From assembly GCF_009914755.1 (NCBI RefSeq), contig NC_060939.1: a stretch of 64,000 bases of DNA; one strand, 5' to 3'. Made by a program: the position numbers and the translations under genes. Positions 47,737 to 64,000 of this stretch are shown in pieces (within the stretch, counting starts at the first letter, position 1; the number at the start of each line of letters is the position of its first letter). A model generated the notes under the pieces. It saw only the letters and a list, made by a program, of their open reading frames with translations. It was not told where the DNA came from and did not search any database. Source of the DNA: the human T2T-CHM13v2.0 reference genome, Homo sapiens.

Positions 47737-47908
47737 CATGTCCACACCACTCCAGACTTGGTGAGCGCCAGTAGGAACTGAGCTCCACACTCAATCTGGC
47801 ACACCCCCTGTCCATTTAGTCTCTCAATGTTCTGGGGAATGTTGCAGCCTTCACTTCCGCCCCGGCCCAATTTTCCAAAGTCACCATCACCCCAGGAAAA
47901 TACCAAAC
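47737..47908 (-). pseudogene. Inverted HERC2-like exon (~63), RLD2 RCC1 repeat ([14 protein letters not shown]...VVWTW)
   Basis: Minus strand cctag|GTTTG...ACATG|gtacg, 172 nt; peptide visible in ORF 47511..48038. Confidence 0.93.
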
Positions 47909-47923
47909 CTAGGTTTAAAAATA

Positions 47924-47952
47924 GGGAAGGGAAGGGAAGGGAAGGGAAGGGA
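47924..47952. repeat. (GGGAA)n microsatellite
   Basis: gggaa x5 plus a purine-rich tail. Confidence 0.9.
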
Positions 47953-49845
47953 GAGAAGAAAGGAAAGATAAAGAAAGCCCAACCTCCTTCCAAAATGTCA
48001 TGAGAATCTTGAGCACATATGGTCCTTGGCATGACCACATGACCTGCAGAGCCCCTGTTATAGAACTCATTTTTATATTTTCCTTAGTATAACAGTTAAT
48101 ATAATATGTCATTTTTGTTAATAGTGTCTTTTTGTCATTTTACTTTTTAAAAGATTTTATTGAAATATACATACAGGAAAGTGCATCTATCATAAGTGTG
48201 CAAATTGATGAATTCTAAAATCTTTATTGTACCTGTTTAGCACATAGATTGACACTGAACATAACTAACAACCAGAAATCTCCGTGTACTCCCTTCCTGT
48301 AACTACCCCTGCGCCCGACCAAATCACTCTCTTCTAACAGCATAACTTTGTGTGACTAGCTTTTTTAATGTAAAAGAATGAAATCTACAGCATGTATTCA
48401 TTTGCATCTGGCTTCTGCCACCCAACATTATATTTGTGGGATTCATTTGTACAGTTGCATATTAGTTTGCAGATCCCTCACTCTCATTTCTATATGGTAT
48501 TATATTGCATAAACGTACCACACTTTATCCAACTACTGTTAAATATTTGTGCATTTTCTACTTGGGGGTGATTTCAAATAGTGCTGCTATGAACATTCTT
48601 GTAAATGTCTTTTGGTGAACATATGCAACACATATATGCGTTGTTGTTGGTTCCCAGGAGGGGCATTCCTGGGTCATAAACAATGCGTGTGTTCAGGTTT
48701 AGTACAGTATAATGCCAAACAGGTTTCCAAAGTGTTTGTGCCACTTTACATACCTGCCATTATTGAAAAAGAGTTCTGTTTGCTCCACATTGTCACCAAT
48801 ACTTGATATTTTCTGTTTTTTTTTTCTTTTAAACCGTACTAGTGGGTGTGCAGTGATATTGCAATGTGGTTTTAATTTGCATCTTCCTTGTGACAACCTT
48901 GATTACTGTAAGCCACTTGGAAATGTGATTTAAATTCATATAAAGATATAGTAGCAAAACGCATACTAGGTTACTTTCGTATCCAGAAAGTTTAGATAGA
49001 ATGATTTCTATGTAAGCTTTTACTGTGTAGTCTGAGTCCATGAATATTGATTACAAAAAACACATCTGTAGGTGAGTTACAATACCTCACTTATAATTCC
49101 AAATTCATGTTGTGTTAGCTCAATATTTTTCAAATAATTTTTGCATGCAATTTTCACCTTCTTTCTGAGTAGTTTCAGGTATTTTGTATGGTTCCAGCAG
49201 TCAGTTAGGTTGCCATTGTTTGGAAGCACACATCCACGTATCTGCACCATGATGATATGACACGCCCATACCCCCCATTTCACATTTTGTCAGAAGTGCA
49301 TAGTTATCACTAACTTTGCCAGTAGAAATGTACTCCCAATTTCCCACGGACTTATCTTGAATAATCTCTCCACTGAAGCATAACAGGTTTTGAATTCTGT
49401 TAGAATAGTTGTTTTTACTATCTTTTAATTTTATACAAATTTCAAAGTTACGTAATACTTTTATTTAAAAAGTGAAACAAAGCTTTTCCTCTCCTTTACC
49501 CACATGTTAGTCCAGCAGAGGGGGAAAGCATTGGCCCCAGGCCAAAATCATAAACGCTTTCAATTAACTAATAATAATTGCTGGCATGTTGCCATTAAAT
49601 ATTCTTGTCTCATTATCTCTGGTTGCTTTATCAAACCCATAGGTCACTGAAGCCCACTTTTGAGACAAAGACTATTTCTCCCCCAAAAGTCAAGGGAAAT
49701 ATAAAAAATGAAATTAGTGATTAAGAATAGAAGTCAATTAATACAATCATTTTGTCTTAATTATTTAAAGTCCAGTTTTTTCCCTCCAGCAAACCTGAAA
49801 ATACACTATCCTCCAGCTATCAGAATTATATTGAGATCTACTCAC

Positions 49846-50090
<245 letters not shown>

Positions 50091-51384
50091 CTGTGGAAAA
50101 GCCAAAGGGGAGACTCCTGAAGAAAGGCGGTGAAGACTGTGAAGAGCGGGTCAGGAAGATGAGCACAGCACTGCTACTCCTGTGGGCACAGGGACAGCAT
50201 GTCTCCAGCCAGCGCCACCTTGTTTAATACATGGGAACTCACTGAAATTCATTCTGTATTTTGCCCGCAAAGTTTTAAAGCTTTCATCCACAGTCAGGAA
50301 TTAAACTTATACCAATGAGAGCCTCACACATTCAAGGATGTACTAAGCACTACAGGCCTCACAGAAACAGAGATCCCATCTTGGAGTTTTCAGTACCACA
50401 TGGGAGATAAAGGGTTTTGAACATGAAATGACAAAAACAACAGCAAGAAGAAAATTCTTGTCCTTTTTCATTACTATCAGACTCAAATAAATGTCTTGGC
50501 TCTTACATTACATTCATTCTTCAACCATTGTGGTCTGGCTTCCACTTCCTTCACTTCACCAACATGGCTCTGCCAAAGGAAGCCCGTGATCTCTAGGCCA
50601 TCACTTTAATTGATCTTTCTACAACATTTATCCTGGTTGTTAAGCCCTCCTTACAACATTCTTCTCTCTTTGTTTTTATAGCTCCATCTCTCCTGCTTCT
50701 TTAACTTGATAATGCATACTTGATTTTTCTATTTGTTATTTCATAAACCAATTAATACACAGATAAAATGACTGTATATCAAACCATGTTTGTATAGAAA
50801 AAATGGATTTTGGATGCCTCTCATATGTAATTAGTTCTATTAAACATATTAATTGTATTGTTTAATTTGTCAGGTTTTTGACAGAATTTTGTTTACAAGT
50901 AATAAAAATTTTATCTCCAATTTTCAATAATTACACCCATTATTTCTGTTTTATGTCTCATTGCATTGATGAGATCTTGCAGAATAATTTTAAAACAGTA
51001 GTGGGTATTTTCTGCTTTTAATGGGTATGTCTAGTATTTCATATATTGTTGCTTATAGAACACTATTCAACCAAGACATGTCAAGACTAGTTGTCTCTCA
51101 AACCATTAGTATTTATATTATTCCTTTCCAGCTACACTTGTAGGATGTAAAAGACCATTTCCAGGAATATGGAACTGTTTTACTAGGTGGAGGGTATATA
51201 TAACCATATAATAGTCACAGAAACTACATTAATACTCACATAAATCAAAGCATAAATGACATAGAATCTTGGCAGATTTGCTTAAGGTTAAATGTATAAC
51301 TCTTATCAGCAGGAGGTGAAAGAATATATTCTTAGATACTTGGCACATTTAGAAAATATAATCTAATATTCTTTTTAAAGAATA

Positions 51385-51697
<313 letters not shown>

Positions 51698-54600
51698 TCA
51701 TCTACAAGGGAATTACTTGAAATTAAAACAAATGGTAGTCATATATATGGTACTTCATTATTAGGAAGGTGGCTAAAAGCCCATTTAGACATATTCTGCT
51801 TTTCTTAAGGAATAATGATCGTTTCATGTTAGGTTATAGCCAGCACAGCACCTCGTGGGGTCATCAGAGGCCTGTGCTATCATTCTCACTAGGAGGGATG
51901 GTTAACCCATGTGTTCTAGGACCACAAACTATGCCCCAATCTACTCATCCATCTAGAAAAAAAGGCATGCTTTTAGTTCAACAATTCCAAAGCATCAGTT
52001 GGAGGACCAGTGTTGGCTGCATCAGAATCACCTGGGTGTTTGTAATAAATACAGAATCCTGAGCAGGTATTCTGGCATTTCTGTTCATACAGAATCTCCA
52101 GGGTCAGGGCCAAGTATGTCTGATGTGTAGCAACAGACGGAAACCATCACTTTAGTTAGCAGAAGGAAGGCACTGAGCAGAGGGTTGAATATAATACATT
52201 GGAAAAATATCTTAAAGAATTGGGAAAAAGTAATATATGTGAATATCACATCATCATTATAATAGGAAAAAACAAGGTCCTCAACATTGTCAAAGGTATA
52301 AATTCCTAAAACAGGTCAAATTCGTGTTCTCAAAACATTTTCCTGAAAAATGTTACTAGGTGGTATAGGGATAAATAGGTTTGCAAAGTACTGTACCCTC
52401 TATATATCTTGTCTCAGAAATTCAGAAAGTGTTAAAGACTCTGAGAAGTCCTGCAGGCAACTTCTTATATTTAATGCAGTATATCTCAAACTCACTTGAG
52501 CACACAATACTTTTTTCCCCCGAGGCATATCTATTAAGGTCCTATAGAACAATATTCTTAGGCATACCATTTAGAGATACAATTCTAAAATGATTTTATC
52601 AAATATTATATTTCATGGCAAAGTTTTTCCCTATATATTGACATATTCCAACACTTAGTCTTCTTTTTTGCAATATAAATCTTTTCAAGAGGAAATTATA
52701 AGCATTGATTAAATGCATCTTAAATTCAAAACCTTAAATAATATTCATCCCAGTATAATTCTTCTTATTGAAATCTATACTTCAAATTGAGTTAGTCCTA
52801 TAATTTTTCACTTCTAATTAAACCAATTAAAGCAGGGTATGTCTACTGACCTACTTTCCAGAATTTAAAAAATAAACTAGGAAAAAACATCTTCTGAGCT
52901 CTGGGATGTTTCCAGAGCTTCATTAAAATAACTTGAAATTTTCATTTGGGTACAGTTTTTGCTTATTTTATGGTTCAAATATGCAGCACAAAAGATGACT
53001 GGAAGAGGATTATTGAAGCAAATTTAATAAAAGCAGAGTCTATATGAGGCAGTGCTGCTTCATTGCTGCTTTTTCTGCTTTGAGGATGGCAAACTAGAAA
53101 AGCCCTTAGATTAAGTTTTTACTTTACCTAAGACAGCATTAAAGCTGATTAAAAGGTTCCACTGAAATGGCAAAATGGCCATATCTCTAATAAGCGCCAG
53201 TATAAAACTTAATCTTAAATTGGGCAGTCCTGGGGAAAAGAATTAGATTTAATTTATACCAATTTGAATTATAGAAGTCAGACTCATAGCAGCCATTGGC
53301 TACTTATTCTGTGTGCTAAACTAAATCTCAACTCAGTCCCAGGAGGACACATTTCCTACTACAGGGCAACCCTTTTCTGCCCAGTGATCTTAGGTTCGAT
53401 TATCTATGAAGGGTAGACCATGTGGTAGTAACATATTTTCCAGGGAACAAAACAAATCAGTTTTAATAGTGATCAAACCCCACCCAGCCTCTTTATGTAT
53501 TAATACCCAACTTACAAAACCGTATGTTAAGCTGTACAATTCCTCCACTGGAAATTTAAGCGCACATTATTATGAGTTCCTTATTTCCTGATAAGTCCCA
53601 ATGGTTACAAAATTACTCAGTTTCTTTGAAGAATCAGGAAGCCACCACCCATGGGCACTCAATACTGATTGTCATTTTTAACAAATTGTGGGAAATAAGC
53701 TTTAAAACTGGGTCACTACCCCTAAAAGTATGCAGTTTAGTTATAATATATCAATACTGATTTGTTAGTTGTGACAAATATACCATAATCATGTAAGATG
53801 TTAGCAACAAGGGAAACTGGGTGCCTGTGTGGTACACAGAAACTCTCTATACCACCTTTGCAACTGTTTTCTAAATATAAAACTATGCTAATATTTTTTT
53901 AAATTTAAAAATTAAAAGTAGGTCACCAGAAATTTCCTACCCACATAATATAGTCTCATTTTGAATGTAGGCAAAGGAGGATTCTCAATTCTAGGACTGT
54001 CTCTCTAAAAAAGTAAAAAGCTGGTAATTTGATAAGATTACTGCAAGAGAAGCATGACTAAGTAGGCATATATCAACAGTCAATATGGTACCTTTATTAC
54101 CTAACAAAAACAAGGCAAAAATTTATCTTGGAAAACTGGATTGCAGAGAACCCTATCTTCTAATTTAATCATCACACACTTACATAGCTCATGTTACACA
54201 CACAGTACGGTAATATTTATTTGCTGAAAAGCAGAATACAAAAGCATTAGATACTCCCCATCCACCTATGAGTTCACCATCTAGTTAAGTACACGTCACT
54301 GCCAAGAAGCTTAAAATGATAGTATTGTCCCTGATTTCTAAGAGCACACATACGCTGACGGGCAACTCTCATGCCAACCTCAAAGGAAGGTAGAATGGAT
54401 AACAGCATTAAGTCTACAAATACTGTGCTGTGAACACTGTAGCTAAGACCATTCTGGAATAAACAGTGTATCATCTTTAATGTATAGTATCCTATCCCAA
54501 AAGTGATATCAAAATGTCTTTAGTAAAATGAGTTCTGTTCTTCTTCATTCTTTCATTCAGCACCTACTGTCTGCCAAGTGTTGCTGTATATGCTGAGCAC

Positions 54601-55031
54601 ACTAACAGCACTAACAAAAATACCCTGCTCTAATAGAAACAGACAATAAGTATATGACGTAGATGGTGTTATGTACTATGAAGAGAAATAAGCCCAGAGC
54701 AGATGAGAGTTGATGGAGTTGTGTCTTAATTTGCCTTATTTTACATATATTTAACGTATTAAAATCGTGCTGACATCCTATGTGGAAAGGTTTACTGAAA
54801 ATTTGAGAGACAGAGAATGGCTGATCTGTAGAACATGGGTACTGTCTAAAAGAACCTTCACTGATTCTTTCAAACTTTTCCAGAGATAAACTTAGACTCA
54901 TTTTGAAAGTTGCTTTATTACCAAAAAATTGCCACTCCATGAAAAGTTCAGCACTTGATGCCAATAGATGTGACAACAAAAAAGCAACTTCGGCATCACA
55001 TATATGGTCAGGAAAACCATCAGAAACTAAG

Positions 55032-56419
<1,388 letters not shown>

Positions 56420-57286
56420 GATAACTCCTTTGAAACAACATAAATATGGAAATGAACTACTCACATATGTTATTATATTGCCCATATCCTTCTGCAGCTT
56501 GCCTTTTTCACCCAAAGTTTTCTTCATGAGATTTACCCATGTTAATTCTTTTCAATCTAGTATGTTCATGTTTAATTGCTGTATAATATTCCACCACATG
56601 GATATGAGTTTATCCAATCTCTTGTTGGTTAACTTACATTCTGCATCATCTTATGTTACTGCAAATACTACTGTGATAAACAGGTTTTCCAAATTTCTTT
56701 GTACACATGTGTTTTTTTGCTCAGGTATGTGCATCTTCAACTTCATTAGAGATTATAAAATTGCGCTCCACTTTACCTAGCTGAGTTTCCACTGGCCCAT
56801 ATCTCTGCCAGCAATTCTGTCAGACTTACATTTTCGCCAATCTGAAGATGACAGAATAGTCATTTTAACTTTCAATTTATCCATGAGTTTCTAGTTCAAG
56901 TATCTTTTCCCATGTTTACTGACCATTCCAGTTTCTTCCTCTATAAAGTAACTCTTCACATCCTATGCCCATTTTGTCTTAAGTTTTTCTTTTCATTATT
57001 AGGCTATTTTTCATATCCTGGATACTAACCATTACAAAAAGTTTCCCTACAACAAGATCACAAAGACAGGTAAATTTTCTTTGAAATTTTTTCTAGTTTT
57101 TCTTTTCATATTTTAGTCTTGTAATGTCAGAAAAAAAGACCTAACACTCAAATGTCAAAAAAAACCTAACTGAATAAAAAAGTGGTACATCCACACTACA
57201 AAGTACTAATTTTAAAAAAGATGAAGAACATTTCTATAAACAGATATGAAGTGATCTCTAAGAGAAGTTTAAAAAGGTGCAAAATG

Positions 57287-57585
57287 GGCCGGATGCAGTG
57301 GCTCACACCTGTAATTCCCAGCACTTTGAAAACACTCTGGGAGGCTGAGGCAGGTGGATCGCCTGAGCCCGATATCAGCCTGGGCAGCATGGCAAAACCC
57401 AGTCACTACCAAAAATACAAAAAAAATAGCCGGGTGTGGTGGCACACACCTGTGGTTCCAGCTACCCTGGAGGCTGGGGTGGGAAGACAGCTTGAGTCTA
57501 GGAGGCAGAGGTTTCATTGAGCCAAGATCACACCACTGTACTCCAGCCTCAGTGACAGAGTGAGACCCCACCCCAGGTCAAAAAA
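57287..57585 (+). mobile_element. Alu (AluJ-like)
   Basis: Diverged sense Alu in an L1 remnant. Confidence 0.85.
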
Positions 57586-57636
57586 CAAAGTGCACAATGG
57601 TATATGCTATCTTTTATCTAAGGGAGGGAGAAAATA

Positions 57637-60430
<2,794 letters not shown>

Positions 60431-60591
60431 AAGAAAAAGAAAGTATATAAAATTGCTAAATCAGGGAACAGCTTGACAGTATATTGAGAGAAATAGAGGC
60501 AAAGGTGAGCAGACACCAATGTTCACTTAGTGGAACTGCAGGTGTCCCCAGACAGGAGGCTGCTATTTTTCCAAAAGAAATCTACTATTGA

Positions 60592-60627
<36 letters not shown>

Positions 60628-61293
60628 GGTTTGTTACAATATACAAATAGCTACACTGTATATAGCCACCACCCTCTTCTAGCACTGCTGTAAGCCTTTT
60701 CCTGCTCTGAAAGAGCTACTGTTACCTCCATTGTAGAAAAAACAGATGCCAGAGGTTGTTGTGGAAGGACCAGGGAAACTATGAAATTTACTTGTACTTT
60801 TCAGACTTAAAGGTTCTTCCTGCTCTGCTCCATACACTGCAACATTTTAGTTAACATACCTCTTAAAATACTGGTCCTTTCTGTATTTGGAGGGACTCAT
60901 CTTACAGTGTGAAGTTTTTTCTTGCACTAAGCATTTGGTCATAAGCTCATTTGTGTTTTATGTCAGGTTTAAGTACCTCTTCCGACATTGTTCAGTTAGG
61001 AATGTAAATATGAGCAAACAGGTATCTGATTGAAATAGATAACCTAGAAAAAATCACTTATGAGAAAGTCAAGAAAATGTGAACTCTGGATTTGTGGCTA
61101 TTTTCAGAAAGTATTAATTTTTTGATATTTAATGGCGTTATGAGTATATTTTTAAAAATTCCTTGTCTTCTACAGATACATATAAGGTAATTTTAAAAAT
61201 GATATGATATATAGGTTTTACTTCAAAATAATTCAGAGGAAGAAGGAATGTATATAAATGAAGTGGGAATACAAATGGAACAAAACAAGATGT

Positions 61294-61590
61294 GGCCAGG
61301 TGTGGTGGCTCACGCCTGTAATCCCAGCACTTTGGGAGGCCGAGGTGGGCAAATCACCTGATGTCAGGAGTTCAAGACCAGCCTGGCCAACGTGGTGAAA
61401 CCCTATCTCTACTAAAAATACAAAAATTAGCCGGATGTTGTGACGGGTGCCTGTAATCCCAGCTACTCAGGAGGCTGAGGCAGGAGAATTGCTTGAACCT
61501 GGGAGGCAGAAGTTTCAGTAAGTCAAGATCATGCCACTGCACTCCAGCCTGGGCAACCACAGCAAAAGCCCACCTTTAAAAAAAAATACA
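61294..61590 (+). mobile_element. Alu (AluS)
   Basis: Sense Alu. Confidence 0.9.
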
Positions 61591-62883
61591 AAACAAAAAC
61601 TGGCCATGCCATGAATGAAAAATTGTTGATGATGTATGTATGTAGGGCAGTTATATTATTTTTCTTAACTTTTTTTAGGTTTGAAACTTTTTATTGAACA
61701 CATGCAAACATCCCTTGATAACTGGGGCTGCTTCCCCATTATTCTCGTAGTAGCCCTTCTGATTTTCACTTCATCTTCATTCTTAGAGATTCTGGATATT
61801 TTTTTTTTGTTTGGCAAGATCAAATATGTCTTTGCAAGGACTATCCAGAATGTCTATTTTATGACAGAGGCTTTGCAGAGTACCTACTCAGCCATATTAT
61901 CAGAAACAGAAATATTTTCCATATTCTTGTCTTGTCCTGTTTAGATTTTTAAAATTCCAAGAACAGTCACCTTCTACCAGACACTCTGATGTTGGAAGAC
62001 AAAGCATATTTTGTAAGTGGCATGATTTCTGGGCTCAAATTTAGAACAGAGCCACAGCTTTCAACAACCGAAAAATAACTTACTGTGACGCACCAAATTT
62101 AGAAAGATGGAGATTATTATAAAAAGAAAACCTTAATTTACTATGTGACCTCTAAGTATCTGGGCTGAAAATTGTAAAGGTAGAAAGGTAAATCAAAAGA
62201 TATAGAGACTGTAATCATGCACTTAATGAAGCACTAAATCAAAATATATTTGGCATACGTGAGTTTAATTTTATCACATTTTTTACTGGCACTATAGCTA
62301 TTTGCAAGTACATATAAAACTACAGTGTTACATATAAACTACCAAAAAAGAACTTTTTAAGAAATGAGACTCATCTAGCAACTTTATTTAAAAGTTTATC
62401 TTCAGGGAATAGTTAAGGATGGCCGTACAAAAGGATTTAGCCATGGCATGAGAATGTTCTCCCTGGCAAACCAATGGAAATTATTAAATGTGCAAAATGG
62501 AACTGTTGGAATAAATTCTAATGCCTTCATATGATCGTATATTTAACCTTTTAAAATGATATTGAAGAGTTGCATACATTGACTTAAACACACATTTGTA
62601 ACACATCACTGAATAGGAGAAATATGGGCCAGCAAAGAACATAGAGTTGGTCCAATTTCTACAAAAAAAAGAAGACTCTAATAGCATGACAGCAGGGAAG
62701 GGGGACTATGTCAACGTATGTGTGTATATGTATGTATATGCATAGCAAGCATGAACTTGAAAAGATATATTTCAAATTGTTTACACAGATTACCTCAGAG
62801 AGGTAAATAACTTTGGACTTTGGTGTTCTGTATTCCACATGCTCTGAATTTTCTTTTTTTATTTAAATAGAGATGGGATCTTA

Positions 62884-63478
62884 GCCAGGAGCAGTGGCTC
62901 ACCCCTGTAATCCCAGCACTTTGGGAGGCTGAGGAGGGCGGATTGTTTGAGGCAGGAGTTCAAGACCAATCTGGCCAACACGGCAAAACTCTGTCTCAAC
63001 TAAAAATTCAAAAATTAGCCAGGGGCGCAGTGGCTCATGCCTGTAACCCCAGACACTCGAGAGACTGAGGCATGAGAATTGCTTGAACCAGGAGGCAGAG
63101 GTTGCCGTGAGCCGAGATCACACCACGGCACTCCAGCCTGGGCAACAGACCAAGACTCTGTCAAAAAACAAAACAAAACAAAACAAAACAACAACCACAA
63201 CAACAAAACAGTAATAAAGAGAAAACCTAATGGACAGGAGCAATGTCTCGTGCCTGTAATCCCAGTGCTTTGGGAGGCCAAGATGGGAGAATTGCTTGAG
63301 GCCAGGAGTTCAAGACTAGCATTGGCAACATAGTAAGACCTTTTCTCTACAAAAAAATTTAAAAATTAGCCAGGCATAGTAGTGCATGCTTATACTCCCA
63401 GCTACCTGGGAGGCTGAGGTGGGAGGATCACTTGAGCCTAAGAGTTGGAGGTTGCAGTAAGCTGTGATCATACCACCA
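62884..63478 (+). mobile_element. Two adjacent sense Alus, the second truncated at 63478
   Basis: Alu bodies 62884-63190 and 63232-63478. Confidence 0.85.
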
Positions 63479-64000
63479 GAGAGCCACGACCCCATCCCCG
63501 CCTCCTTCCTCTGTCCTACGCTAGCAATAAATAAGTTTCCCAGCCACAAATAATTATTAGAACCTCCTCCCCATGTGCCAGCTCCAACCTCTGCTAGGTA
63601 TGATACAGGGGCAGCCCTACCCTCTGGAATATACAAAATGTTACACAGACACAGTATGTACACCGGGGAAGGTGGGCCACCCCAGCAGCCCATGCCCTCG
63701 CTGGTCCACAGTTAGCCCCGCTTTCCGGCCTCAGCTACCTCTCTGAATAAGAAGATGGGAGCCCCCCTGAGGGAAACGTTGCCATGGTGAGAGTAAGGGG
63801 ACCATCAGGCCTCCTCCAAACAAACCAACTCCACCAGCCTCTGGCTCTTAAATAACAATCATCATCATCATCCAGAAATTTAGGGACTCAGCCCTGCTCA
63901 AGGTGGCAAATGGTCTGTTTGTCTTTCCCCATTAGACAGAGGTCTTGTGCTGCTACCCTAATTGTAAAGGGGTGCCTGGGAAGAGGTGGTAGGGACATGG

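Overview
This is human genomic DNA: an Alu/L1-rich pericentromeric segmental-duplication mosaic, with no intact protein-coding gene. (1) About 1-40 kb (+): 26 consecutive spliced exons of an unprocessed HERC2 paralogue (equivalent to HERC2 exons ~27-52). Substitutions such as ALDIEQ, VIKRL, LPHWRR, EKRKC and LKLYLVSK match my recollection of HERC2P3 (15q11.1-q11.2) or a near-identical copy. The spliced frame stays open for ~1290 codons until a 5-bp duplication in the CPH-domain exon. (2) 45.1-47.9 kb (-): an inverted island of three HERC2 RLD2 exons (~63-65), one with a nonsense codon. (3) 49.8-50.1 kb (-): a genomic copy of the first coding exon of FRMD6, with both splice sites intact and a 1-nt deletion. 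It lies upstream of, and in the same orientation as, the inverted HERC2 exons. (4) 55.3-56.4 kb: a MER11 solo LTR nested in an Alu. (5) 57.6-60.4 kb: a ~460-480 bp tandem array of [30-bp spacer + Alu left monomer + antisense AluSp], carrying a strong one-strand A>G substitution pattern and interrupted by an ERV1 solo LTR. Three minisatellites multiply HERC2 splice signals. Exon numbers, reference exon sizes and repeat subfamily names come from memory, not from a database search.
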